Shown here: in pieces, positions 10,052 to 21,483 of the stretch
Position numbering within the stretch: position 1 is the first letter of the stretch
Layout of the letters: each line of letters begins with the position of its first letter
Assembly: GCF_003790525.1 (NCBI RefSeq)
Contig: NZ_CP033635.1
Length of the DNA: 64,000 nt
Source: Escherichia coli
Lineage (GTDB): Bacteria; Pseudomonadota; Gammaproteobacteria; Enterobacterales; Enterobacteriaceae
Direction: 5' to 3' (one strand)
Made by a program: the position numbers and the translations under genes
The notes under the pieces: model-generated
What the model was told of the DNA's origin: nothing
Database searches by the model: none
The model's input: only the letters and a program-made list of their open reading frames with translations

Positions 10052-13010
10052 CCTTAATCGCGTCATCGGATGGTCTGGTTTACTGCTGACGTCTTTATTG
10101 AGTACCAGCGCACTCGCAGACAATATCGGCACCAGCGCAGAAGAGCTGGGGCTGAGCGATTATCGCCATTTTGTTATTTATCCCCGTCTCGACAAGGCGC
10201 TGAAGGCACAGAAAAATAACGACGAAGCAACCGCCATCCGCGAATTTGAATATATACACCAACAGGTGCCGGATAATATTCCACTAACTTTATACCTTGC
10301 GGAAGCCTATCGCCATTTTGGTCATGATGACCGGGCGCGGCTGTTGCTTGAGGATCAACTGAAACGTCACCCAGGAGATGCCCGACTTGAGCGCAGTCTG
10401 GCGGCTATTCCAGTTGAAGTGAAAAGCGTTACGACTGTTGAAGAACTGCTTGCCCAGCAAAAAGCGTGCGACGCTGCGCCGACCCTGCGTTGTCGCAGTG
10501 AAGTTGGGCAGAATGCCCTGCGGCTGGCACAATTACCTGTCGCCAGAGCGCAACTGAACGATGCGACGTTTGCTGCATCGCCGGAAGGAAAAACGCTGCG
10601 AACCGATCTGCTGCAACGCGCAATCTACCTGAAACAATGGTCCCAGGCAGATACGCTATACAATGAAGCACGCCAGCAGAACACATTAAGCGCGGCAGAA
10701 CGCCGCCAGTGGTTTGATGTGCTTCTTGCCGGGCAGCTGGACGATCGGATCCTGGCGCTGCAATCACAGGGGATCTTCACCGATCCGCAGTCATATATTA
10801 CTTACGCGACCGCGCTGGCTTATCGTGACGAAAAAGCACGCCTCCAGCGTTATCTCATTGAAAATAAGCCGCTGTTTACCACGGACGCACAAGAGAAAAG
10901 TTGGCTCTATCTGTTATCTAAATACAGCGCCAACCCCGTTCCGGCGTTGGCGAATTATACGGTACAGTTTGCCGATAACCGCCAGTATGTTGTTGGCGCG
11001 ACGCTACCGGTGCTGTTAAAAGAAGGTCAGTACGACGCAGCGCAAAAACTGCTCGCCACCCTCCCCGCCAATGAAATGCTTGAGGAGCGTTATACCGTTA
11101 GCGTAGCGACCCATAACAAGGCTGAAGCTCTGCGTCTGGCACGATTGCTGTATCAGCAAGAACCGGCAAATCTTACCCGCCTGGATCAACTGACCTGGCA
11201 ACTGATGCAGAACGAGCAGTCACGCGAAGCTGCCGATTTATTGCTGCAACGCTATCCTTTCCAGGGCGATGCGCGTGTCAGCCAGACGTTAATGGCGCGA
11301 CTGGCGTCTCTGCTGGAAAGTCATCCTTACCTGGCAACGCCGGCGAAGGTGGCGATTTTATCGAAACCCTTACCGCTGGCGGAGCAACGTCAGTGGCAAA
11401 GTCAGTTGCCGGGTATTGCAGATAATTGCCCGGCTATAGTTCGCTTGCTGGGCGATATGTCGCCTTCCTACGATGCCGCCGCCTGGAACCGTCTGGCAAA
11501 GTGTTATCGGGACACGCTACCCGGTGTGGCGTTGTATGCATGGCTTCAGGCCGAACAACGACAACCGAACGCCTGGCAACATCGTGCGGTAGCCTATCAG
11601 GCGTATCAGGTTGAGGACTACGCCACCGCACTGGCGGCCTGGCAGAAAATCAGTCTTCACGACATGAGCAATGAGGATCTGCTTGCTGCTGCCAATACCG
11701 CCCAGGCGGCAGGAAATGGCGCAACTCGCGATCGCTGGCTTCAGCAGGCAGAACAACGTGGGCTGGGAAACAATGCCCTCTACTGGTGGCTGCATGCGCA
11801 ACGTTACATTCCTGGTCAGCCGGAACTCGCACTGAACGATCTCACGCGCTCAATCAATATTGCGCCTTCTGCCAACGCTTACGTTGCGCGGGCGACAATT
11901 TATCGCCAACGTCATAATGTCCCGGCGGCGGTGAGTGATTTGCGCGCCGCGCTGGAACTGGAACCGAATAATAGCAACACCCAGGCAGCGCTCGGTTACG
12001 CCTTGTGGGATAGCGGTGATATCGCACAGTCGCGGGAAATGCTCGAACAGGCGCATAAAGGGCTACCGGACGATCCGGCACTTATCCGACAACTGGCCTA
12101 CGTGAACCAGCGTCTGGATGACATGCCTGCGACGCAGCACTACGCCCGGCTGGTGATTGATGACATTGATAATCAGGCGCTGATAACCCCACTGACCCCA
12201 GAGCAAAATCAGCAACGCTTCAATTTCCGCCGTCTGCATGAGGAGGTCGGTCGCCGCTGGACGTTCAGTTTCGATTCTTCTATCGGCTTGCGTTCCGGCG
12301 CAATGAGTACCGCTAACAATAATGTCGGCGGCGCAGCGCCAGGGAAAAGCTATCGTAGCTACGGGCAACTGGAAGCCGAGTATCGCATCGGACGCAATAT
12401 GCTGCTGGAAGGCGACCTGCTCTCGGTTTACAGCCGTGTATTTGCCGATACCGGAGAAAACGGGGTGATGATGCCGGTGAAAAATCCGATGTCCGGCACC
12501 GGTCTGCGCTGGAAGCCGCTGCGCGATCAGATCTTTTTCCTCGCCGTCGAACAGCAGTTGCCGCTGAACGGCCAAAATGGTGCATCCGATACCATGCTGC
12601 GCGCCAGCGCCTCATTCTTTAATGGCGGCAAATACAGCGACGAATGGCACCCGAACGGTTCAGGCTGGTTTGCCCAAAACCTGTACCTCGATGCAGCGCA
12701 ATATATCCGCCAGGATATTCAGGCGTGGACGGCAGATTATCGCGTCAGCTGGCATCAGAAGGTAGCTAACGGACAGACTATTGAGCCTTACGCTCACGTT
12801 CAGGACAACGGCTATCGTGATAAAGGCACTCAGGGCGCGCAGCTTGGCGGTGTCGGGGTCCGCTGGAATATCTGGACCGGCGAGACGCACTACGACGCCT
12901 GGCCGCACAAAGTCAGTCTCGGCGTCGAGTATCAACATACCTTTAAGGCGATTAATCAACGTAACGGAGAGCGCAACAATGCGTTTCTCACCATTGGAGT
13001 GCACTGGTAA
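10038..13010 (+). CDS. nfrA: NfrA, outer-membrane protein with TPR-like repeats (phage N4 receptor)
   Basis: ORF with MKENNLNRVIGWSGLLLTSLLSTSALA signal peptide, about 990 aa; start at 10038 overlaps the nfrB stop. Confidence 0.9.
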   Translation: MKENNLNRVIGWSGLLLTSLLSTSALADNIGTSAEELGLSDYRHFVIYPRLDKALKAQKNNDEATAIREFEYIHQQVPDNIPLTLYLAEAYRHFGHDDRARLLLEDQLKRHPGDARLERSLAAIPVEVKSVTTVEELLAQQKACDAAPTLRCRSEVGQNALRLAQLPVARAQLNDATFAASPEGKTLRTDLLQRAIYLKQWSQADTLYNEARQQNTLSAAERRQWFDVLLAGQLDDRILALQSQGIFTDPQSYITYATALAYRDEKARLQRYLIENKPLFTTDAQEKSWLYLLSKYSANPVPALANYTVQFADNRQYVVGATLPVLLKEGQYDAAQKLLATLPANEMLEERYTVSVATHNKAEALRLARLLYQQEPANLTRLDQLTWQLMQNEQSREAADLLLQRYPFQGDARVSQTLMARLASLLESHPYLATPAKVAILSKPLPLAEQRQWQSQLPGIADNCPAIVRLLGDMSPSYDAAAWNRLAKCYRDTLPGVALYAWLQAEQRQPNAWQHRAVAYQAYQVEDYATALAAWQKISLHDMSNEDLLAAANTAQAAGNGATRDRWLQQAEQRGLGNNALYWWLHAQRYIPGQPELALNDLTRSINIAPSANAYVARATIYRQRHNVPAAVSDLRAALELEPNNSNTQAALGYALWDSGDIAQSREMLEQAHKGLPDDPALIRQLAYVNQRLDDMPATQHYARLVIDDIDNQALITPLTPEQNQQRFNFRRLHEEVGRRWTFSFDSSIGLRSGAMSTANNNVGGAAPGKSYRSYGQLEAEYRIGRNMLLEGDLLSVYSRVFADTGENGVMMPVKNPMSGTGLRWKPLRDQIFFLAVEQQLPLNGQNGASDTMLRASASFFNGGKYSDEWHPNGSGWFAQNLYLDAAQYIRQDIQAWTADYRVSWHQKVANGQTIEPYAHVQDNGYRDKGTQGAQLGGVGVRWNIWTGETHYDAWPHKVSLGVEYQHTFKAINQRNGERNNAFLTIGVHW

Positions 13011-13901
13011 ATGCGTAAGTTCATTTTCGTATTGCTGACACTGCTTTTGGTCAGCCCTTTTTCCTTTGCGATGAAAGGTATTATCTGGCAACCACAAAAC
13101 CGTGATAGTCAGGTTACCGATACCCAGTGGCAGGGGCTGATGAGTCAGTTACGTTTGCAAGGCTTCGATACCCTGGTTTTGCAATGGACTCGTTACGGCG
13201 ATGCATTCACCCAGCCAGAACAGCGCGCGTTATTGTTTAAGCGTGCCGCAGCTGCGCAACAGGCTGGCCTGAAGCTGATTGTCGGGCTGAATGCCGATCC
13301 GGAATTTTTTATGCACCAGAAACAGTCGTCTGCAGCGCTGGAAAGCTATCTTAACCGCCTGCTGGCTGCCGATCTCCAGCAAGCCAGATTATGGAGCGCC
13401 GTACCTGGCGTAACGCCGGATGGCTGGTACATCAGCGCGGAAATTGACGACCTGAACTGGCGCAGCGAAGCCGCCCGTCAGCCTTTGCTAACATGGTTAA
13501 ACAACGCGCAGCGGTTGATTAGCGATGTTTCAGCAAAACCGGTTTATATCAGTAGTTTTTTCGCCGGAAACATGTCGCCCGATGGCTATCGCCAACTGCT
13601 GGAACACGTTAAAGCAACCGGCGTTAATGTCTGGGTACAGGATGGCAGCGGCGTGGATAAACTGACCGCTGAACAGCGTGAACGCTATCTACAGGCCAGC
13701 GCCGATTGCCAAAGCTCCGCCCCAGCAAGCGGCATTGTTTATGAACTGTTTGTCGCCGGCAAAGGCAAAACCTTTACAGCGAAACCGAAACCGGACGCAG
13801 AAATTGCCTCGCTGTTAGCGAAACGTTCCTCTTGCGGTAAAGACACGCTCTATTTCTCTCTGCGCTATTTGCCCGTCGCGCACGGCATTCTCGAGTATTA
13901 A
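13011..13901 (+). CDS. ybcH: YbcH, periplasmic protein of the nfr locus
   Basis: 296-aa ORF with signal peptide MRKFIFVLLTLLLVSPFSFA; its ATG directly abuts the nfrA stop codon. Confidence 0.85.
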   Translation: MRKFIFVLLTLLLVSPFSFAMKGIIWQPQNRDSQVTDTQWQGLMSQLRLQGFDTLVLQWTRYGDAFTQPEQRALLFKRAAAAQQAGLKLIVGLNADPEFFMHQKQSSAALESYLNRLLAADLQQARLWSAVPGVTPDGWYISAEIDDLNWRSEAARQPLLTWLNNAQRLISDVSAKPVYISSFFAGNMSPDGYRQLLEHVKATGVNVWVQDGSGVDKLTAEQRERYLQASADCQSSAPASGIVYELFVAGKGKTFTAKPKPDAEIASLLAKRSSCGKDTLYFSLRYLPVAHGILEY

Positions 13902-14083
13902 ATCTCCTCCAGGTAAGTCGGGTACGACCTGGCTTACCTCTTTCGCTCTCGTCAGAATTCCATCAAGATTAATTGCTAAAAAGCGTGCTAAAGAAAGAAG
14001 ATCGTTATCGGCGAACGGGCCGATCACTCATGCAGGAAGCATAGATCCTTTGAGCGGAGTTTCTGATATCTGAGGAGTGCGAA

Positions 14084-14845
14084 ATGCAATTGAGCAGCAG
14101 TGAACCTTGCGTGGTGATCCTGACCGAAAAAGAGGTAGAGGTAAGCGTCAATAACCATGCTACGTTTACCCTTCCGAAAAACTACCTGGCCGCCTTCGCG
14201 TGCAACAATAACGTCATTGAACTCTCAACGTTAAATCACGTATTAATCACCCACATCAACCGTAACATCATCAACGATTATCTGTTGTTTTTAAATAAGA
14301 ACTTAACCTGTATAAAGCCCTGGTCGCGGCTGGCAACTCCGGTTATCGCTTGTCATAGCCGTACACCGGAAGTGTTCCGGCTAGCCGCCAACCACAGCAA
14401 GCAGCAACCCAGCAAACCCTGCGAAGCGGAGTTGACGCGCGCATTGCTTTTTACCGTATTGTCTAACTTTCTTGAGCAATCGCGGTTTATTGCCCTACTG
14501 ATGTATATCTTACGCAGCAGCGTCCGCGACAGCGTCTGCCGCATTATTCAAAGCGATATTCAGCATTACTGGAATCTGCGAATTGTCGCCAGTTCGCTAT
14601 GTTTAAGCCCCAGCCTGCTCAAAAAGAAATTAAAAAACGAAAATACCAGCTATAGCCAGATTGTCACAGAGTGTCGTATGCGTTACGCCGTACAGATGTT
14701 ATTGATGGATAACAAAAATATCACTCAGGTAGCGCAATTATGTGGCTATAGCAGCACGTCGTACTTTATCTCTGTTTTTAAGGCGTTTTACGGCCTGACA
14801 CCGTTGAATTATCTCGCCAAACAGCGACAAAAAGTGATGTGGTGA
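14084..14845 (+). CDS. envY: EnvY, AraC-family transcriptional regulator
   Basis: 253-aa ORF with a C-terminal AraC-type HTH (ITQVAQLCGYSSTSYFISVFKAFYGLTP). Confidence 0.85.
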   Translation: MQLSSSEPCVVILTEKEVEVSVNNHATFTLPKNYLAAFACNNNVIELSTLNHVLITHINRNIINDYLLFLNKNLTCIKPWSRLATPVIACHSRTPEVFRLAANHSKQQPSKPCEAELTRALLFTVLSNFLEQSRFIALLMYILRSSVRDSVCRIIQSDIQHYWNLRIVASSLCLSPSLLKKKLKNENTSYSQIVTECRMRYAVQMLLMDNKNITQVAQLCGYSSTSYFISVFKAFYGLTPLNYLAKQRQKVMW

Positions 14846-14890
14846 AGGGCAAAGCGGAAACGGATAAGACGGGGATAAATGAAGAAGAAA

Positions 14891-14967
14891 TGGCGCGCCC
14901 TGCAGGATTCGAACCTGCGGCCCACGACTTAGAAGGTCGTTGCTCTATCCAACTGAGCTAAGGGCGC
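14891..14967 (-). tRNA. argU: tRNA-Arg, anticodon UCU (argU)
   Basis: Reverse complement reads GCGCCCTTAGCTCAGTTGGATAGAGCAACGACCTTCTAAGTCGTGGGCCGCAGGTTCGAATCCTGCAGGGCGCGCCA: cloverleaf with anticodon loop CUUCUAA and 3' CCA. Confidence 0.93.
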
Positions 14968-15208
14968 GTTGATACCGCAATGCGGTGTAATCGCGTGAAT
15001 TATACGGTCAACCCTTGCTGAGTCAATGGCTTTTGATCTGGTTGCTGAACAAGTGAACGACCGCGTCTGATTTTCTGATTTATTTCGTTATAGCGGCAAA
15101 CAAACGCACACCGCTGCGCGTCTGAATCAAGAAAACCCGTATTTTCATGTATCAAGTACAATTTCCCGCCCTAACGGAAAATTGTCCGATCCAATGAGAC
15201 TGGTAACT

Positions 15209-15841
15209 ATGAAACCAACGTCGGTGATCATTATGGATACTCATCCTATCATCAGAATGTCTATTGAAGTTCTGTTGCAAAAAAACAATGAATTGCAAAT
15301 TGTCCTGAAAACGGATGATTATCGCATAACCATCGATTATCTCCGAACCCGTCCTGTTGATTTAATCATTATGGATATAGACTTGCCCGGAACAGACGGT
15401 TTTACCTTCCTGAAAAGGATCAAACAAATCCAGAGTACAGTGAAAGTATTATTTTTATCATCGAAATCAGAATGCTTTTATGCTGGCAGAGCGATACAAG
15501 CTGGTGCTAACGGTTTTGTCAGTAAATGCAATGATCAGAATGATATTTTTCATGCCGTTCAGATGATCCTCTCCGGATACACTTTTTTTCCCAGCGAAAC
15601 GCTCAACTATATAAAAAGCAATAAATGTAGTACGAATAGTTCAACGGTCACTGTGCTATCTAATCGTGAAGTAACCATATTACGTTATCTGGTTAGCGGA
15701 TTATCTAATAAAGAAATTGCCGATAAGTTATTACTTAGCAATAAAACAGTTAGTGCACATAAATCTAATATTTATGGCAAGCTAGGTTTGCATTCAATTG
15801 TAGAGCTTATCGACTACGCCAAATTATATGAATTAATATAA
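15209..15841 (+). CDS. fimZ: FimZ, LuxR/NarL-type response regulator of fimbrial genes
   Basis: ORF containing MKPTSVIIMDTHPIIRMSIEVLL; receiver domain plus C-terminal LuxR HTH (LSNREVTILRYLVSGLSNKEIADKL); diverges from the sfm operon. Confidence 0.88.
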   Translation: MKPTSVIIMDTHPIIRMSIEVLLQKNNELQIVLKTDDYRITIDYLRTRPVDLIIMDIDLPGTDGFTFLKRIKQIQSTVKVLFLSSKSECFYAGRAIQAGANGFVSKCNDQNDIFHAVQMILSGYTFFPSETLNYIKSNKCSTNSSTVTVLSNREVTILRYLVSGLSNKEIADKLLLSNKTVSAHKSNIYGKLGLHSIVELIDYAKLYELI

Positions 15842-15843
15842 TA

Positions 15844-16359
15844 TTAATTATAATTGATCATAAATATCGCATCCGCTTTCGCCACACCAGGCTGAACACC
15901 GCTGGCTAACGCTCGATAATTGGCAAAAAAGTTTAGTGTGACATTGCCATTTGCATCAACTTCCTCAGTCGAGCTCGCCTCCCCCAGTGCGAGCCGGGAG
16001 CGATCGCTATTACGTAATTCGATGGCGACGGTTTGTGCCATTGCGGGATCATCCAGAGCCAGCAGGTTGGCATCAGATGCCGGCGTTCCCGTAAATAAAA
16101 TCGCAACTGAACCCGGAGGACATCCCTCCAGCCGCAGGCTAAAAGGGACGAGTGCCGTGGTATCGCCAGCGCTCAGTAATTGTGTCGTAGGCCATCTGCC
16201 TAAATCTACCGTCTTATCCTTATCCGCTGTGTTTACGGTACAGGAGAAATCAACAACGTTACCGTGCAAATTGATATTAATCGTTCCTAAAGGGTCAACT
16301 GCCCATCCACTGGAACTCCACAGTAGCCCGCAGAAACAGCTAAAGAGTACTCTTCTCAT
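15844..16359 (-). CDS. sfmF: SfmF, minor fimbrial subunit
   Basis: 171-aa product from the MRRVLFSCFCGLLWSSSGWA start; fimbrial-subunit C-terminal motif; last gene of the operon. Confidence 0.85.
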   Translation of the reverse strand: MRRVLFSCFCGLLWSSSGWAVDPLGTININLHGNVVDFSCTVNTADKDKTVDLGRWPTTQLLSAGDTTALVPFSLRLEGCPPGSVAILFTGTPASDANLLALDDPAMAQTVAIELRNSDRSRLALGEASSTEEVDANGNVTLNFFANYRALASGVQPGVAKADAIFMINYN

Positions 16360-16369
16360 TCTCCGTACC

Positions 16370-17377
16370 TCATTGATAATCGACGCGTAAATACCCCAGC
16401 GCGCTAAACGGCCCTTCGGTCGGTTTTTGACCGGTAATACTGATAGGCCAGGCGCGAAGTGTGACATTGGCTGCCGCAGCTGCATCCAGACGGAAAGGAA
16501 TAACGCTATTGAGATCGTTAGGCGTGATCGGCGTATCGTTCTGATCGGCCACAATAAAACCTAAATCCTGATTGTCCGACACCATCGCCTGACCAGAAAC
16601 GGCACTGGCTTCCAGACGCATTGTTAAATAAGCCTGCGCAGCAACATTCGTACATTTGATCGCAATGCTCTTGGTTTGCGGCATGACACCAGCTGGTCGA
16701 TTCCCCGGCCCTGCCGCACTAAATAACGATGCGCCGATATCACCAAAATCAAATTCAACAATTTGCCCGGCATTTAATTCGCAGTTTTGCGGTACTTCAA
16801 CCCGGCCACCAAAACTAATGGTATAAACAGGTGTAACCAACGGATCGTTAGGCGTTGATGTCACATACACGGTAAACATCACCTGTCTGGGGATCTCCAC
16901 CATGTTAATAAAGGGACGAATAACCTTTAAACGAAATATCAAACGAGAATCCATCACCCCGAACGGAAGGTTTTGCGAAACGTTAGGATCTGTTCCCATA
17001 CGAATATAATTTTGCGGAGGGAATTGAATATCCATCACGCTATCAACCAGACTCATCGCACCTAATAGATAATCATTTAATTGCATATATTTATAATTAT
17101 CGATAGTTTCCTGAACAATAAAGTTGGTGACATAACTACGGTATGTATAATTCACCAGCGTGCCGGGTGGACAAATTGCTGATACACCTACCCAGCCGGA
17201 TTTTTCCGGTAAAACAACAATCTGCCCTGGCTGGTTATTGGTGCTATTAAAGACATTTGAGAGATCATAGTGTTCATCTTCTGCTACGCCAGTACTATTT
17301 GCACAAACAGTAGCCCAGGATATGTTTGCCAGACACAAACATGCCATTGCCAATAATAATCTGCAGATTATCTTCAT
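16370..17377 (-). CDS. sfmH: SfmH, FimH-like fimbrial adhesin
   Basis: About 325-335-aa ORF with a signal peptide and two-domain adhesin layout; start codon ambiguous between M1 and M11. Confidence 0.82.
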   Translation of the reverse strand: MKIICRLLLAMACLCLANISWATVCANSTGVAEDEHYDLSNVFNSTNNQPGQIVVLPEKSGWVGVSAICPPGTLVNYTYRSYVTNFIVQETIDNYKYMQLNDYLLGAMSLVDSVMDIQFPPQNYIRMGTDPNVSQNLPFGVMDSRLIFRLKVIRPFINMVEIPRQVMFTVYVTSTPNDPLVTPVYTISFGGRVEVPQNCELNAGQIVEFDFGDIGASLFSAAGPGNRPAGVMPQTKSIAIKCTNVAAQAYLTMRLEASAVSGQAMVSDNQDLGFIVADQNDTPITPNDLNSVIPFRLDAAAAANVTLRAWPISITGQKPTEGPFSALGYLRVDYQ

Positions 17378-17389
17378 TGATAATTTCCT

Positions 17390-19999
17390 TTATGAGCCAG
17401 GATGTGTGCAAACTGCCGAAATAACAGTGACGGCTTGCTGTAAGCTTTGCTTCGGCAATACATAGTGCGCTATGCAGCGTGAGTTCGCGCCGTCTCCCCA
17501 CTGAACCAGTAATTCACCAGACAATGGCGCACCGCTTAAATAAACTTGCCCGTCATCACCCACCATACTGGTTATTCCGGTACTGTTTTCCCGTACCGGT
17601 GATCCAAACGGCACCGGTTTTCCGCCCTGGGTAACGGTAATGAGCGCCCGCACGCCTATGCGGGTATCAAAATTGGCACGAACCAACGCGCCTTGCGTCG
17701 GCACAACGCTGCTAATATTTTTTTCAACATCGATGGAGTTCCCCATCGTATTGGTATCAAGCGCGATACGGTTATACCGATAAACCGTGGCATACGGCAT
17801 CACCGCATAGCCGCGCCAGTCGGTTAAAATTCCAGTTTGATTTTCAATGCGTACACCTCCTGCGCCTGGCGCTTTAATCAAAACATTGGTATCCCCTAAA
17901 GGCTGGCTCAGCGTTATACCATTTTCATGCCCGACCACACCGCCAGACAGCTGCCAGTTAACGTCATGTTGATCGCGGTCGTAGTTATACCCGACCCCCA
18001 GCGTACCGTAAGCGGCCTGCCAGTTTGCCGTGGCGCTGCCCGTATACCCATTATTCGAGGTATCGCCCTGGCTTACGTGATAACTCAGGTTGTGGCCTTC
18101 CAGTAAGGTCCCACCAACGCCTGCCAGCCAGTTATTTTGCCCGTTGCTGTTACGGTTGGCGTTAAAGGAGGCATAAGCGCGGTCGAGCGCATTTTCCCGG
18201 GTGTAGCGACGTTTGGTCAGAACATTGAAAGGCACTGAAACATTAAGTCCGACAATACGTTCGTTATCGGGGATCCCTACAGATTCATTCCACGAAAATG
18301 AGAGTGAATAACTGATGCCAACCCAGCTGCTGGTATACCCCACCTGATACCAGGTATCTGAATCCGAAGTATTCCAGTATTTTTGATGGGTACCAGAAAT
18401 ATAAAGCGAGCCAAAGTCATTAAGTGATTGTGAAATATTTAACTGCAAACGGTCTTTACGACTAAAGCGTAAATTGTGGTAATTCACGATTATCGGTTCA
18501 TCGCGATGCTCACCGTCATAATCGTAATCATATTCGTACCCCTCCATTCGACGATACGCAACATCATCAAGGGTATAAAAACCTTGTGTCGAATAGCGGT
18601 AACCCATTAACTGAAAATTGGTGCCGAAAGTGTTCATTGATTTCGCATAGAGGAAGCGAATGGAATCCCCCTCATGACGACTGTCGTCGGCTAACTGACT
18701 GCGCGCATGCGTTACATCCAGCGACACTGCGCCCCAGTTCCCGAGGTTGCGCCCCAGCCCTAACAAAAAGGCGGTGTAATTTGCAGATAATTGCGTCCCG
18801 CCGTAGGCAGTAAATTCCTGTGGTAAACCGCCGAGTGCCGTGCCCTGAAAAAAGAAAGGCGACGATTGCTGACTATTACCGCTACGAAAATCGCCCGCCG
18901 TCAGGTCAAATTTGAAACGCCCTTCGCGTTGTAAAATTGGCACTGTTGAATACGGAATAGTGTAATTCTGCTGATTACCATCGCGCTCGTCGATGGTGAC
19001 GTCCAGATCGCCATTTGAAGATGTCGGGTGCAAATCTGTAATTTCAAAAGCACCGGGGGAAACATAGCTTTGATAGATAATAAAACCATTTTGCCGAATC
19101 GTTAGCTGGGCCGCCGTACGGGCAATCCCACGTACCGTTGGAGCAAACCCCTGCTGGCTATCAGGATACATATTATCGGAAGAATAAAGCCGTACACCTC
19201 GAAATCCAACGCCATCGAAAATATCACTCCCTGTATTACCGTCTCCCATTACCAGTTCACTTTTCAGCGGAATAATGGCGCGCTGTACCCAGGTGCCAAT
19301 ATTATTCCACTGTTCTGAATGATATCCATTTCCGCGAAAATAGTTCCAGGAACCATTGTTGCGTAAACGCCACGGGCCAATATTAATCCCGCTGAGTTCA
19401 CTAAAAAAATAGCTATCGTTACCATTACCTCTGTTACCGGTGAAATTATAATTCAGGAGTAAAGCAGGAATACCTTCATCCCACTCTTCAGGCGGAATGT
19501 AACCGTGAGCGCTACTCAACAACGCTATCTGAGGAATAGTGATGTTCAGGCGCATCGCTGCAAAATCAAAGTTAATTGTGGCATCAGGTACAGCTTTCAG
19601 TAAATTGATGCATTTATTATTTTGCTGCTGGGCTAACTCGGGGAATGCACTGCTATTAAGGCCAATTCGTTCAAGGAGTGCCTGGTTAAAACAAGGCATT
19701 AACCCACCTGATTTATCACCTGTATTTACTGTCGTCGATTCAAATACGATATCCTGTGAACCAATGAACTCATCATTACGCCAGAGATCCACCCGATACA
19801 CGCCCGCAGGTTGATGATTACCTCTCTCAAAGCGCGATAAATCAGCAACGGATGTGCCATTCTCTAATAAAAATGCCGGGTTGAAATAACTTTCCGCATA
19901 GCTTAAAAAGGAGGGTAAAATGGCAAGAGATGAATAACAAATTCCGGCCAGACACCAGGTATACCTCTGCGGAATATCCGTAGTAGTGGGTATTTTCAT
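17390..19999 (-). CDS. sfmD: SfmD, outer-membrane fimbrial usher
   Basis: 869-aa ORF, usher-sized, positioned between the chaperone and adhesin genes. Confidence 0.9.
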   Translation of the reverse strand: MKIPTTTDIPQRYTWCLAGICYSSLAILPSFLSYAESYFNPAFLLENGTSVADLSRFERGNHQPAGVYRVDLWRNDEFIGSQDIVFESTTVNTGDKSGGLMPCFNQALLERIGLNSSAFPELAQQQNNKCINLLKAVPDATINFDFAAMRLNITIPQIALLSSAHGYIPPEEWDEGIPALLLNYNFTGNRGNGNDSYFFSELSGINIGPWRLRNNGSWNYFRGNGYHSEQWNNIGTWVQRAIIPLKSELVMGDGNTGSDIFDGVGFRGVRLYSSDNMYPDSQQGFAPTVRGIARTAAQLTIRQNGFIIYQSYVSPGAFEITDLHPTSSNGDLDVTIDERDGNQQNYTIPYSTVPILQREGRFKFDLTAGDFRSGNSQQSSPFFFQGTALGGLPQEFTAYGGTQLSANYTAFLLGLGRNLGNWGAVSLDVTHARSQLADDSRHEGDSIRFLYAKSMNTFGTNFQLMGYRYSTQGFYTLDDVAYRRMEGYEYDYDYDGEHRDEPIIVNYHNLRFSRKDRLQLNISQSLNDFGSLYISGTHQKYWNTSDSDTWYQVGYTSSWVGISYSLSFSWNESVGIPDNERIVGLNVSVPFNVLTKRRYTRENALDRAYASFNANRNSNGQNNWLAGVGGTLLEGHNLSYHVSQGDTSNNGYTGSATANWQAAYGTLGVGYNYDRDQHDVNWQLSGGVVGHENGITLSQPLGDTNVLIKAPGAGGVRIENQTGILTDWRGYAVMPYATVYRYNRIALDTNTMGNSIDVEKNISSVVPTQGALVRANFDTRIGVRALITVTQGGKPVPFGSPVRENSTGITSMVGDDGQVYLSGAPLSGELLVQWGDGANSRCIAHYVLPKQSLQQAVTVISAVCTHPGS

Positions 20000-20029
20000 A
20001 ATTAGCTCTGATATTGTCAGATGATTCGG

Positions 20030-20722
20030 TTAGTTTAAGTTCACTTCTCTGACCGGGGTTACTGAACCATAATCATTAACGGTCTGAAATTTCAGCTTTC
20101 CCTGCACTCCTGAGGGTAAGGGAATTTGTGAATTAACTCTGGGTGCAGCCATAGCATTCCCCAGTTTTTGGCTGCCCACTTGCAAGTTAACCAGGGTGAC
20201 ATAAAAAGGTGATGGATTATGAACATTGATATAGTTACCGGATCGCGAAAACTTGAGTGTGTCCGGCGCTTCTGCGGGTAATTCTTGTAATTGAATTGGA
20301 CGGAGAAATAATTTCATGCGCGATAAAATCGCCAGTTGCAAAACATTCCTGCCGTTCAATGCATTTTTATCTACCGAAGGGATCGTCTTAACATTCATCC
20401 AGAACAGAGACTCACGATCTGCCGCCAGCGGTGGACCGGTGTAAATAATACGCAAAGTATTTTCGCTTTTGGGTTCACTAACAAACAGTGGCGGTGTAAT
20501 GATGAATGACTTTTCTTTTACACCGCTGCTGTTTTCAATCCACGAATTGACCAGAAAGCGCTCATTGGTATGGCTATTTCTGATCCATACCGCAGTCTGT
20601 TTAGCATCAGCGGGATAAATAATACGCGTGGCACCTAATGCGATCCCTCCGGCAGCATGGGCGCTGGTCGAAATGATTAAATAAAATATAATGAGCATCA
20701 ATAACTTTATTTTAGTCATCAT
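20030..20722 (-). CDS. sfmC: SfmC, periplasmic fimbrial chaperone
   Basis: 230-aa product from [23 protein letters not shown]; PapD-like chaperone. Confidence 0.88.
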   Translation of the reverse strand: MMTKIKLLMLIIFYLIISTSAHAAGGIALGATRIIYPADAKQTAVWIRNSHTNERFLVNSWIENSSGVKEKSFIITPPLFVSEPKSENTLRIIYTGPPLAADRESLFWMNVKTIPSVDKNALNGRNVLQLAILSRMKLFLRPIQLQELPAEAPDTLKFSRSGNYINVHNPSPFYVTLVNLQVGSQKLGNAMAAPRVNSQIPLPSGVQGKLKFQTVNDYGSVTPVREVNLN

Positions 20723-20940
20723 AGTTAATACGCCTTGTGTATTCCTGACGGCAAAAATAAGGAGTATAAAGAAATGATTGCTTTGGTTTCTTACACACAT
20801 CATTCCCTTTTCATTTAATAAAGCGGCATGATACAAAGTGAACATGATTTCGATTTACATTGCCACCATACCGCTTCAGACAACCGGTACATTACTTTGT
20901 TATAAGACGTGATATATAATTCAAAACAACGTGGTTTTGA

Positions 20941-21483
20941 TTATTCGTATCTCATAATAAAAGTCGCGTCAGCATTTGCTTGCCCTGCTGATGCACTTGT
21001 ACCGGTGCCTTTATAACGTGCAGAAAAATGAAGAACGTTGGTCCCGGGGATCAAGTTCTGGTTGGTTGAGAAGCTATTCCCATCAGGTTTGAGAATTGCG
21101 GATGTATTATCAAGTATTTCAATACCGACACCCGTTGCTGTTGTTGTATTAGTACTGGATGCAATGGCCAATAAATTATCATTGATTGCATCCGCCTGAC
21201 CAGAAAATGCAACGGCAGCATTAGCGGCAACGACAGGATCGCAGTCGTTCAACTGTATAGTGAATGGAATTAATGCAGAGGTATTACCAACAGCATTGAA
21301 AATATCGGTACGATATTGACCGAGTGTGACAACCTGGTCTGCCGAGTCAGTATTCACTGAACAGGCAGCATTCACCAGTTCGCCTTCAAAGTGAATTGTA
21401 CCGCCATCTACAACGGCAGCATAACTACCCGTAGCGGCGAATAGTGCGGCAGCCAGCGCAGACGAAATAAATCTTAATTTCAT
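20941..21483 (-). CDS. sfmA: SfmA, major type-1-like fimbrial subunit
   Basis: 180-aa product from [22 protein letters not shown]; fimbrial subunit with conserved Cys pair and C-terminal beta strand. Confidence 0.88.
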   Translation of the reverse strand: MKLRFISSALAAALFAATGSYAAVVDGGTIHFEGELVNAACSVNTDSADQVVTLGQYRTDIFNAVGNTSALIPFTIQLNDCDPVVAANAAVAFSGQADAINDNLLAIASSTNTTTATGVGIEILDNTSAILKPDGNSFSTNQNLIPGTNVLHFSARYKGTGTSASAGQANADATFIMRYE

